64,000 nucleotides of DNA from Tepidisphaera sp. (GTDB taxonomy: Bacteria; Planctomycetota; Phycisphaerae; Phycisphaerales; UBA1924). A program made the position numbers and the translations under genes. This document shows positions 46,103 through 54,723 of the stretch, piece by piece. Under the pieces are notes generated by a model. It did no database searches. It was given only the letters and a program-made list of their open reading frames with translations, and was not told the DNA's origin. The DNA lies in NCBI GenBank assembly GCA_050916045.1, contig CP051526.1, forward strand, positions 3,584,001 through 3,648,000. Reading direction: 5' to 3'. Positions within the stretch are counted from its first letter, which is position 1; each line of letters begins with the position of its first letter.

Positions 46103-46235
46103 GCTTGCCCCCTCCCCCCGACTTCTGGTACCCTCCGCACAAGAGAGTTTCACGATCCTCCAAGATTTCACTCGACGTAAAGGAGTCGAAGACGTGGGCC
46201 AAAGCGCATTGAACAACATTGTGGCAAGCTTCTTT

Positions 46236-48041
46236 ATGTTGATGACCGCGACTCTCTTTGGTGGATGCTCAGGGTCTAGGGCGTTTGAGTATCCCACCGC
46301 TAAGGGCCCAGAATTCTCCGCGATCGTGGACATATACCGCGAGAATGGTTGGGATATCTACTACGAGTATGACGCCAACGGCTACGAGGCGGGCCTATTA
46401 AATTTTGCGCGACTTGATTCGCCTCCTACTCTCTTGGAGATTGGGTCCATAGATCCCGAACGCACTCATCTCGCGGCATGCCTTGTGCTTGAAGAGAGCA
46501 AACACCATGATCGCGAGGCGATCGCACGTTCCATACTGGAGCGCGGGCGCATGAGAGGCGATGGAATGTGTATTCTCGCACTCGCTGCTTGGGACGCCAA
46601 CGGCGTGAAGATGGCTCGAACCCCTTGGGGAGTCGATCTCTCGGACGACCGCGCTGCGCGGATCATGGCGCCAGCAATTGGCGAGGCCATCAATGCCCGA
46701 GATCCTGCATTGATTAACCGTCTTGAAGACTATGTTAAACTCGCAGAACGCGGCATAGCTCCTGTTGATGAAGTATGGCGCAATATGAGTCGGGTTGGAT
46801 GTGATGAAACGGCTCTACACGTTCCGGGCTTTCCCGGAATCAGAGGTGTGCCGTCGAATGGGCAGCATCTTTCTTATCCTCGTGGGGGAGGGCCTCGACG
46901 AGACTCCACTTATAAACGACAGGTTGCAGCGATATGGCTTCGGTCGGCGTCGTCACGCGGTTGGTTGACGATTGCTGCGAACCCTGTACTTGCAGGTGCG
47001 GTCGACTCCGAGGGCCAGGCCGTGAGTGTGGATAGCTGGGCTTTCCAGGTTCAATCGTGGGGCCGCACGATTCAGTGGCAGAAAGAGTCTGCAAAGGAAC
47101 TTGAAGTTCTCAAACGCAAACTGGACAGAGAAAGACAGGCAAGGGAGACCGAGCGAGCGCAGGAGCAGGCGATTCGCGACGCCGCCGACGCCGAAGAGCA
47201 GCGTCAGCAGTGGCAGGCTTTCAAGGATCAGTATTCACCCGGAGGTGGTATCCAAGGCGAGTTGAATCGCCAGAACGAACGATTGCTCGGCGGTGCGGGT
47301 GGCACGACGCGCTCCCCCTCGCGCGATCCCGAGCCGGGCGTCAACAAGACGGTGATCTACGAGAAGGACAAGGAACCCAAGGTCATCGTTCACCAGGAGC
47401 CGCCCCCCAACTCGACCGTGATCTACGAGAAGGGTAAGGAGCCCCGGGTTGAGACCTCGGCGCCGAGCGGTTCGGGAGGCGGCCTCAAGCCCCAGACCAA
47501 CACTCCAGGACAGAAGAACGGCTGGGATCGCACCTACTTCGACGATGGGCGTGTGCAGACCGAGGTGTACTACGTCAACGGAAAGAAGAACGGCGAGTTC
47601 CGCCGATACGACATCCGAAGCCTCAACGAGTTCCGCACCCCGATCCACGGCCACTACTTCCTTCTGGAGTCCGGTCAGTATGAGAACGACCAGAAGACGG
47701 GAGAGTGGAAGCAGTGGGCGACCAGCGCGTATCTCGACAAGCCCTATCTCGAGCAGTCGCAGTGGTACTCGCGCGGGATCTTGAACGGAACTCGAACGAG
47801 GTGGGATTCGGCCTACTTCTGCGGAGGCCGCGTCCATAAATCGCTCGAAGAGGAGTATGTGGATGGCAAACTGAGCGGCGAGAGACGAGAGTACGAGTAC
47901 GACTGCGCCCTCACAATGGAGCAGATCAAGCGGTCCACGATGTACCTTTACGGCAAGAAGAACGGCCCGCAGATCGAGTATCGCGGGGGCGTTCCCCACT
48001 CCACCACCAACTACATCGACGGCGAGAAAGTCGGCAGGTAA
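46236..48041 (+). CDS. Putative lipoprotein with C-terminal MORN-variant (YwqK antitoxin-like) repeats
   Basis: Lipobox-like LFGGC; C-terminal repeats KNGWDRTY..G, KNGEFRRY, KTGEWKQW, LNGTRTRW, LSGERREY and KNGPQIEY. The start is uncertain (46194-46242). Confidence 0.7.
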   Translation: MLMTATLFGGCSGSRAFEYPTAKGPEFSAIVDIYRENGWDIYYEYDANGYEAGLLNFARLDSPPTLLEIGSIDPERTHLAACLVLEESKHHDREAIARSILERGRMRGDGMCILALAAWDANGVKMARTPWGVDLSDDRAARIMAPAIGEAINARDPALINRLEDYVKLAERGIAPVDEVWRNMSRVGCDETALHVPGFPGIRGVPSNGQHLSYPRGGGPRRDSTYKRQVAAIWLRSASSRGWLTIAANPVLAGAVDSEGQAVSVDSWAFQVQSWGRTIQWQKESAKELEVLKRKLDRERQARETERAQEQAIRDAADAEEQRQQWQAFKDQYSPGGGIQGELNRQNERLLGGAGGTTRSPSRDPEPGVNKTVIYEKDKEPKVIVHQEPPPNSTVIYEKGKEPRVETSAPSGSGGGLKPQTNTPGQKNGWDRTYFDDGRVQTEVYYVNGKKNGEFRRYDIRSLNEFRTPIHGHYFLLESGQYENDQKTGEWKQWATSAYLDKPYLEQSQWYSRGILNGTRTRWDSAYFCGGRVHKSLEEEYVDGKLSGERREYEYDCALTMEQIKRSTMYLYGKKNGPQIEYRGGVPHSTTNYIDGEKVGR

Positions 48042-48063
48042 ATGGCCTCGGCCGGACAATACC

Positions 48064-48187
48064 GGGTGCCGCGATCATCCGGTCTTCCGGATGGTCGTGG
48101 ATGGGCGAGCGTCGCGAGATGGGGATTCGATCGAGGATGCACGCTGATGCACGACCATCCCGAAGCGGGATGATCGTGGCACCCGGC
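48064..48187 (+). repeat. Tandem palindromes including copy 2 of the 81-bp element
   Basis: GGGTGCCGCGATCATCCGG-TCTT-CCGGATGGTCGTGG (48064-48100) and CACGACCATCCCG-AAG-CGGGATGATCGTGGCACCCGGC (to 48187). Confidence 0.85.
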
Positions 48188-48505
48188 TCGGATTTGTGCT
48201 TCTTCGCTTTCGCCTGGGCATCGGAGACCCCACGCTGGCGCGCGGGGCGCGTTGGGCTTGGTATCGACCCCCATACTCGCCCCGGGGTGGCACCGCCCCC
48301 GCCCCCGCCCCCCCCACCACCACCCCTCACCACCCCTCACCACCCCTTCACCCGGCACAATGTTGTGTCACGGGGCGCGTGTGATTTAACAACTTGCTTT
48401 GTGTTTCTCATCTCCGGGTGAAGTCCCGCCCCGCGCTCGCCGATCCCCTCGGGAACTTGCTTCATGCCGAAGCAACGAGCGGCTCGGCCGCGGAGAGGAC
48501 TTCTC

Positions 48506-49177
48506 ATGGCGACTGTTTCAAGCAAGGACATCGAAGCCATTCAGCAGTTTGAGAACTGGGTGCCGGTCTGGACTTCACAGGCTGTGGCCATTGGGACCAG
48601 TAGCGCGGCCGTCACGGCTTTGGATCTCAAGGTCAAAGCCGCTCGCAACGGGTACACCGCGCAGCAGGCCGCCAGGATGGCCGCCAAGACCGCCACCAAC
48701 TCCTTCCACGACGCCGTCGACCTCATGCGCTCCGCCGGGGCCGACATCATCCGCCAGATCAGGACGCAGGCCGAGGTCACGAACAACCCCAACGTCTACA
48801 ACCTCGCGCAGGTGCCTCCCCCCGCGCCGCCCTCGCCCGCGCCGCTCCCCGGGCAGCCCACCAACTTCTCCGTCGGTCTCACCGGCTCGGGCGGCATCCT
48901 CCTGACGTGGAAGAGCGCCAACAGCTCGCCCAGCAGCGGAGCGTACTTCACCGTGCGTCGCCGCTTGGCGGGCGAGAGCGCGTTCACCGTCGCCGGCGGC
49001 ACCGGGAGCAAGTCCTTCGTCGATGACACCGTCCCCTTCGGCACCAACATGGTCACCTACCTCGTGCAGGGGTTCAAGGGACAGGCCGCCGGGCCCGAGA
49101 GCGAGCAGCTCACCGTGCAGTTCGGCGTCGGCGGGGCCGGGGCGAGCGCGACGGCGCAGTTCAAGCTCGCGGCGTAA
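48506..49177 (+). CDS. Hypothetical protein: helical N-domain, Pro-rich linker and fibronectin type III-like domain
   Basis: GGAGAGGA RBS; PGQPTNFSV...LLTW...YFTVRRR...SFVDDTV...TYLVQG FN3-like pattern; no signal peptide; ends in KLAA. Confidence 0.8.
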   Translation: MATVSSKDIEAIQQFENWVPVWTSQAVAIGTSSAAVTALDLKVKAARNGYTAQQAARMAAKTATNSFHDAVDLMRSAGADIIRQIRTQAEVTNNPNVYNLAQVPPPAPPSPAPLPGQPTNFSVGLTGSGGILLTWKSANSSPSSGAYFTVRRRLAGESAFTVAGGTGSKSFVDDTVPFGTNMVTYLVQGFKGQAAGPESEQLTVQFGVGGAGASATAQFKLAA

Positions 49178-49204
49178 GCGGATCCACAACGAGCATTTCC
49201 TTAA

Positions 49205-49242
49205 TGAGAAACGCCAGGGCCACGGGGCCTTGGCGTTCTTTC
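49205..49242 (+). terminator. Rho-independent terminator
   Basis: AACGCCAGGGCC-ACGG-GGCCTTGGCGTT followed by CTTT. Confidence 0.7.
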
Positions 49243-49432
49243 GTCTCGTCGCGGTCGCCCGGAGCGTCGCACCCGCCACGCGCAAGACCTGCGGGACCGT
49301 GCATGGTTTTGTGCCATGGGCGCGAGAAAACCGATGCTACTCCCGGCTGTCATCCATCGTGGTGGCCGGTACGATATCGCGTTCACACTCAATTCGCCCT
49401 GGTTGTGGAGATGCGCGGTGGCACACAAAGCA

Positions 49433-50707
49433 ATGTATGGAGTTCTTGTTGCGTTCATGGCTCTGGTCCTGTGCCTCGCCGGGTGCGGCGCGACCGACCA
49501 CGGGAAGATCTACCGCATTCCGCCGCTGGTGTGCCACGACAAGGATCTTGACGACATCGACTCGAGCGGTCGAATCAATCCGTACAAGTATCGGTTCCCT
49601 GATCAATCGATCGTCAAGCCCACGGGCACGGCGGCGAAGGGCAAGCCGGAGACGAAGCCGGCCACCACGCCCGGCACGACAGGCACGCCCGGCACGACGA
49701 TTCCCGCGAGTTCAAGGGACATTGATCCCTTCGGCGACCCGCCCAAGGGGTACACGCCGCTTGAGGAACTCTCGGGCAAGCTCAAGCGGATCAAGCAGGA
49801 CCGGGACGGCGGCGCGATCCTGGAGTCGCAAGCCCAGGGGCTGACGACGCTGGCGGTGCTTCAATCGACGGAGAGCGCGTACACGGCGGCGCAGCTCGAC
49901 ACGGCCTCGCGGAACCGGCTTCAGACGATCATGATCGGGCAGTCGAACGTGATCGCGGCGGCGCACCTGAGCTCGATCATGGGCCTTGAGAACGAGATCA
50001 ACGTGCTTTTCGGCGTGTCGGCGACCTCGACCGCGGCGGTCGCGGGGATCGTCTCGCCGGTGGGCACGAAGAACATCCTGACGGCGTTGTCGGCGATCTT
50101 CAGTGCTTCGCGCGACCAGATTCGCGAGCACGTCTACCAGAACGCGTTCGGATCGGCGATCGTGGATCGGATCGTCACGCGTCGCCAGACCTTCCTGGAC
50201 GAGGTCATCAATCCGAGGCGCATGCTCCCGCTGGCGGAGTATCCGGTTGACGCGGCGATCTCGGATGTGCTTGAGTACCACAACATGGGCTCGTTCTATG
50301 AGGGCGTGGTGCAGATCGGGCGGGAGGTGGCGCAGGGCAACATGAGCTCGCAGCGTCCGTCCGCGGCTCCCAAAGAGGTGACGGTGCAGCCTGCCGCCAC
50401 GGTGGTGACGGTCAAAGAGGACGGGAAGGGCTCCATCGACGTGCAGATCACGCGGACGACGACGGACGCGTTTACGGTCACCATCCAAGGCGTCACGGTG
50501 ACGTCCCTCGTCCCCGCCGACACTGTGCTCCGCCCTGCGTCTTCGGACGACAAGCTCAAGGTCGTCAAGTACGACCTTCGCGGCACGGGCAAGGTCACGA
50601 TCAACTTCACGGCGGCGAAGGAGACTTCGAGCTTTGACCTGATCGTTGGGGACGCGACGCATCAGGTCGCCCACAAGGTCATCCAGATCGAGCATGATGG
50701 GAAATGA
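49433..50707 (+). CDS. Hypothetical lipoprotein
   Basis: Lipobox LCLAGC after a hydrophobic stretch; central hydrophobic hairpin; beta-rich C-terminus. The start is uncertain. Confidence 0.75.
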   Translation: MYGVLVAFMALVLCLAGCGATDHGKIYRIPPLVCHDKDLDDIDSSGRINPYKYRFPDQSIVKPTGTAAKGKPETKPATTPGTTGTPGTTIPASSRDIDPFGDPPKGYTPLEELSGKLKRIKQDRDGGAILESQAQGLTTLAVLQSTESAYTAAQLDTASRNRLQTIMIGQSNVIAAAHLSSIMGLENEINVLFGVSATSTAAVAGIVSPVGTKNILTALSAIFSASRDQIREHVYQNAFGSAIVDRIVTRRQTFLDEVINPRRMLPLAEYPVDAAISDVLEYHNMGSFYEGVVQIGREVAQGNMSSQRPSAAPKEVTVQPAATVVTVKEDGKGSIDVQITRTTTDAFTVTIQGVTVTSLVPADTVLRPASSDDKLKVVKYDLRGTGKVTINFTAAKETSSFDLIVGDATHQVAHKVIQIEHDGK

Positions 50708-50737
50708 AACTCCACCCGCTTTCCGACGGAGGATGCG

Positions 50738-50983
50738 ATGAACTATGAACGAATCGTGAGCTACTTTTCAGCGTGGGACGCTTCCAACAACCGCGGCGTT
50801 CTTGATGTGCAGTTCGGTGACCCCGGCGCTCCGCAGGCGACGCGGATTCAGGTCGACAACGCGGCGGAGCTTTCGGCTCTGCTTGCCATCCTGCGGTCGA
50901 GCCGAACGGTGTACATCTCCGCGGATGATGCGGGCCGCGTCATCTTGAAGTCGGAATGGACGACGCCGGGCGGCGGAGCCTAA
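50738..50983 (+). CDS. Small hypothetical protein
   Basis: GGAGG RBS; protein-like composition; co-oriented 30 bp after the lipoprotein gene. Confidence 0.7.
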   Translation: MNYERIVSYFSAWDASNNRGVLDVQFGDPGAPQATRIQVDNAAELSALLAILRSSRTVYISADDAGRVILKSEWTTPGGGA

Positions 50984-51132
50984 AGCGGGCGCGAACGGGG
51001 CACGATGACTTCATCTGAGATCGGGTGGGTGCGCCGCCGCGTCTGTCGACACGCCGCGCCAGACGCGTGACCGGGATGTCCCGTCAAACGCCTGTCGGGT
51101 TCGTCGGCCGGAAGGAGATCACCGCACGAACC

Positions 51133-51825
51133 ATGCCGGCCGTTGGATACCCTCGGAGCGTGCGATGGGTTCGTCGGGCGATCGTGGTGGCTTGCATCCT
51201 GCTGTTCGCGGCGGGGTTGAACATCGTCATCGCCTGGGTATGGTGGGGCCGGGCCGTCGCGAGCGGAACACGGGAGATCCCGCCGACGCTCTTGGCGTCG
51301 CCGGTCGGTGTCTGGCCCGAGCCCTCGGGCCCGTGGCCCGCTCCGCGAGTCGCGACCGTGTCGTGCACGGGGTTTGACGCGACGACCCATGTGGTGAAAG
51401 CTCGGTGGACTTCAAGCGGCCTGGTGACCAGCGAAGCAAACTCCGACGTCGCTCGCACGCGGCTTGAGATCAGGATCGGTGTGCCGTTTCGCTGCGCGTC
51501 GAAGGTTGTTCGACAGGAGAATTGGTTCGTGCCGATTCCGCCCGGACATGTGCGAGCGGCAAACGTCGACGATGGTGTTCTGATTCCGGGAATGCCGCCG
51601 GGAATCACGTTGCCAATCCGTCCGATCTGGTCCGGATTCATCGCCAATACGGCCCTGATCGCGATTGCTTTGTTTCTGGCGGAGCGGCTGCTCGGACGGG
51701 TGATGCGCTGGCTCGCGCCGTGGAAGAGGCTCCGCATGGCGAGGAGGCTCTGCGGTGACTGCGGCTATGACCGCCGTGGGCTCGCGGGCGGCACGGCGTG
51801 CCCCGAGTGCGGAACGGTTCGGTAA
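51133..51825 (+). CDS. Two-TM membrane protein with C-terminal zinc ribbon
   Basis: TM, soluble loop, PIWSGFIANT, TM, then CGDCGYDRRGLAGGTACPECG. The start is uncertain (51025-51133). Confidence 0.78.
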   Translation: MPAVGYPRSVRWVRRAIVVACILLFAAGLNIVIAWVWWGRAVASGTREIPPTLLASPVGVWPEPSGPWPAPRVATVSCTGFDATTHVVKARWTSSGLVTSEANSDVARTRLEIRIGVPFRCASKVVRQENWFVPIPPGHVRAANVDDGVLIPGMPPGITLPIRPIWSGFIANTALIAIALFLAERLLGRVMRWLAPWKRLRMARRLCGDCGYDRRGLAGGTACPECGTVR

Positions 51826-51833
51826 CGCCGAGA

Positions 51834-51940
51834 GCGTCGTGGCACGGGTTGAACGGGAGGCCGAGTGCGACGACCATCCGATTCCTGCGGATGTCGCGGC
51901 ACTCCCGTTTATTGTTCCATCACGCTCGTGCCCGTGACGC
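51834..51940. repeat. Degenerate nested palindrome of the GTGCCAC family
   Basis: AACGGGAG...GTGCGACGACCATCCG-ATTCCTG-CGGATGTCGCGGCAC-TCCCGTT, with outer GCGTCGTGGCACG/CGTGCCCGTGACGC arms. Confidence 0.65.
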
Positions 51941-52066
51941 CAGCCCCTCGAGGCCCAGAAGACCTGAGGTCAGTCATGACACCCGCCGTCTTCGTAGATT
52001 TCATCAAGCATCGTTCTGCGATTGGTCCGATGGAAGGCCGAGGTGGAGTCGTACATCGAAACATAT

Positions 52067-52567
52067 TCAGTACAGTACGAGGTTTCCGTCGCAGTTTATG
52101 CCTTCTCGCCCGCAGACGATATGCCCTGCGATGTAGGCACGCTCGATCAACGTGAACCAGCCGGGGGGCACGATCTCGTTGTACGCGTGCTCCATCACGA
52201 TGTGAATGAGATCCCAGCTCATTTGATCTTTAAACATCTTGCGCGTTTCATGCGACGAGTTGACGCATTCAATCGCCTCAAATATCGGGGTTTGAATGAT
52301 ATCCTTCGCCGTGCCAGCTACGGAATTATAGTCAGACACAGAGAAGCTTCCTGCTTTGCGAATCCGATCGCGAAGTGAATTGCCTTCTTCAACAAGAAAG
52401 GCCTCCCAGTCATCCGATTTCATGTAACGGCAAGCATCCTCGTCGTTTTTTGCCCATGCAATAGCTGGTTCAGCGTCGAGCTTCCCGAGTCGCGACAGGA
52501 GACGTCCGTCCAGAATCCACTGGCACTCCTGTGAAAGAACTTCGGACGCTGCGCGTGGCTTTTTCAT
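52067..52567 (-). CDS. Lower-GC hypothetical protein resembling polymorphic-toxin immunity proteins
   Basis: AT-richer codon usage; C-terminal WDL...WF...Y..GH.VCG.EG....G.LVLY motif, recalled from immunity-type families and not verified. Confidence 0.6.
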   Translation of the reverse strand: MKKPRAASEVLSQECQWILDGRLLSRLGKLDAEPAIAWAKNDEDACRYMKSDDWEAFLVEEGNSLRDRIRKAGSFSVSDYNSVAGTAKDIIQTPIFEAIECVNSSHETRKMFKDQMSWDLIHIVMEHAYNEIVPPGWFTLIERAYIAGHIVCGREGINCDGNLVLY

Positions 52568-52621
52568 CAACGTGTCCACCTTGGTGCTGGCGGGCGGCAC
52601 CGATCGCACAATGAAGGCGAT

Positions 52622-52659
52622 TCGTGCCACCGATCGCCGGTTCCTCCGGCGATCGGTGC
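52622..52659 (-). repeat. REP-like palindrome, inverted copy of 45953..45990
   Basis: TCGTGCCACCGATCGCCGG-TTCCT-CCGGCGATCGGTGC. Confidence 0.85.
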
Positions 52660-52940
52660 CGAAGAACTCCGTGCGTTCGTGCTCGCGAGCGTCATCTCCA
52701 TCCCTTCCATTCCTCCCATCCTCGGCCCGGCGGCAAATCGCATTCGACCAACGGGGGTGGACCGCTCTCTCCAGTATACCGCGCCCACCATCGCGCGCTG
52801 GACCATTCCCAATTCGTCGGCGACGGCGGCCCGCACGAATGATCTGGAACGCTGGATCGCCCTTCGGTGAGGCTGCCAATCGTCGCAAGCCGCCCGACCG
52901 CGCAGGGATGTGCGGCGTCGGTTTCATCTAGAATACCCGT

Positions 52941-53588
52941 ATGCTGACGACAGCCACCCGACCGTACTCCGAAGCGGAACTCGACGCGTACTCCGAGCGC
53001 ATGGGTTCGGGTGCGACCTCCTTCGCGATGAGCTTGATCCTCGCGCTCACGATCGGGGGCCTCTCGGCTTTGGGGGCGTACGCGGTGCGTTGGCTTTACG
53101 CGTGGCTTACTTCGGGCTCGGCGGCGTGGACCGTCCCGCTGATCGTGGGCGGCGCGGTCGCGGTGCTGATCTTCGTCGGGCTCTGGCTCACATCGGACAA
53201 GGATGATTGGACCGAGCACCCGCCCCAGATCGCCACCGACGTGACCGCGACGGCGGATGCCGCGTGGGAGATCGAGAACGACAGCCTCGACACCCTTCTC
53301 GTGTTCCGTGTTGAGCCCGACCGCTTCCTGCTCCTCACCGGGTACTCGCTGACGCCTCCGATACGCGACGAGAACGCCCCCACCGACACCATCCCTTCGA
53401 ACATCCGTGCTGTGCTCATGGGCGAGGGTGAGTACCGGGTCGCGCTCGACGTGTCACTCGCAGGCTCCGTCATCCCGCTCGCCCAGGTCAGCACGATGCC
53501 GACGGACGATAAATCGCCGACCGCTGAAGGGCTTTCAAGCACGGCGGAGCTCCCCGAATGGATCCGACGGGCGATCGGCGTGGAGTGA
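52941..53588 (+). CDS. Hypothetical two-TM membrane protein (paralog of 39864..40526)
   Basis: Shared motifs with 39864..40526; TAGAAT -10 element 6 nt before the ATG. Confidence 0.8.
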   Translation: MLTTATRPYSEAELDAYSERMGSGATSFAMSLILALTIGGLSALGAYAVRWLYAWLTSGSAAWTVPLIVGGAVAVLIFVGLWLTSDKDDWTEHPPQIATDVTATADAAWEIENDSLDTLLVFRVEPDRFLLLTGYSLTPPIRDENAPTDTIPSNIRAVLMGEGEYRVALDVSLAGSVIPLAQVSTMPTDDKSPTAEGLSSTAELPEWIRRAIGVE

Positions 53589-53625
53589 TCCTCGCCATAA
53601 GCCTCCCACCGGCATGCGACCGGCT

Positions 53626-54609
53626 TCACGTCGGACCGACGCGCACGACCACACTACCCACCTTGCGTCCCGTGTCGACGCGACGGTGTGCTTCCACGAT
53701 ATCGTGCAGGGAGTAGACCCCGTCGATGACCGGCTTGAGGTGCCCCTCCTCCACCAAACCCATCAGATACGCAAGGTCGGCTTTCTTCTCAGAGACGATC
53801 GCTCCCCGCACGCGACGGCTCCCGACGAATCGCGTCCAGAGCATCTGCCAGAACTCGGTGAGCCCCATGAGCACCGCGAGAAACTGCCCGCGAGGTGCCA
53901 GCACGCCCTTGCACTTCGCGAACGAGGTCGCGCCCACGGTGTCGAGGATGGCGTCGTAGGTCTCCGGACCACGCGTGTAGTCCTGCGTCGTCCGGTCGAT
54001 CACCGCCGAGGCCCCGAGCGCTCGGACGCGCTCGATGTTCGCGGTGCTGCAGACGCCGGTCACGTGCGCACCCATGTGCTTGCCCAGCTGCACCGCGGCG
54101 ACGCCGATGGAGCCCGACGCGCCGATGACGAGCAGCCGCAGACCGGGCTGGAGATTGGCCAGGTCACGCAAACAGTGCAGCGCGACCAAGCCACCGAACG
54201 GGATCGCCACCGCCTCTTCGTATGACAGGGTCGCGGGCATCTTCACGATCGCGGCGTCTTCGCGGACGCACACCAACTCGGCGTGAGCCCCCATCTTCAT
54301 CCCCACCGCCGCTACGACACGATCGCCGGGCTTGAACGTCGTGACCTTCGCGCCGACAGCCTCGACGACGCCGGCACACTCCGTGCCGAGCACCTGCTTG
54401 CGAGGACCGAAGATACCGAGAGCCAGCGGGGCGATCAGCGTGAACACCGGCGCGGGCATGATCCTGGCCCGCATCCGCCAGTCCCCGGTCGTCACCGTGG
54501 TGGCCTGCACGCGGATCAGCACATCGGCTTCGCCGGGAACGGGGTCGGCGATCTCTGCGATGCGCACGACTTCGGGCGGGCCGAACTTGGTGTAGATGGC
54601 GGCTTTCAT
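53626..54609 (-). CDS. NAD(P)-dependent MDR-family oxidoreductase (quinone reductase-like)
   Basis: MKAAIYTKFGPPEV, GTECAGVVEAVG, LVIGASGSIGVAAVQ and LKPVID motifs. Confidence 0.9.
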   Translation of the reverse strand: MKAAIYTKFGPPEVVRIAEIADPVPGEADVLIRVQATTVTTGDWRMRARIMPAPVFTLIAPLALGIFGPRKQVLGTECAGVVEAVGAKVTTFKPGDRVVAAVGMKMGAHAELVCVREDAAIVKMPATLSYEEAVAIPFGGLVALHCLRDLANLQPGLRLLVIGASGSIGVAAVQLGKHMGAHVTGVCSTANIERVRALGASAVIDRTTQDYTRGPETYDAILDTVGATSFAKCKGVLAPRGQFLAVLMGLTEFWQMLWTRFVGSRRVRGAIVSEKKADLAYLMGLVEEGHLKPVIDGVYSLHDIVEAHRRVDTGRKVGSVVVRVGPT

Positions 54610-54661
54610 CGTCCAGCGTATCGCTTCGCACTGGGGGCGGCGAGGCACCGCGTCCGCCAAT

Positions 54662-54700
54662 GAACAACGCCAAGGCTTCGAAAGCCTTGGCGTTGCTGTT
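54662..54700 (-). terminator. Rho-independent terminator after the S1-domain gene
   Basis: CAACGCCAAGGCTT-CGA-AAGCCTTGGCGTTG perfect stem. Confidence 0.75.
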
Positions 54701-54723
54701 GGTCTCATTGAATGTCGACTGGC

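Noticed and set aside
45382..46180. ORFs spanning the repeat cluster (45382..46002, 45507..45917, 45680..46180, 45076..46140)
   Set aside because: They are open mainly because the repeats lack stop codons; no RBS or family motif supports them, so coding status is unresolved.
45953..52659. Palindromes as integron attC sites
   Set aside because: They lack RYYYAAC...GTTRRRY ends, the genes are not uniformly oriented, and no integron integrase is present.
52690..52721. Short 9-bp pyrimidine-rich repeat (CTCCATCCC-like x3)
   Set aside because: Too short and degenerate to interpret on its own.
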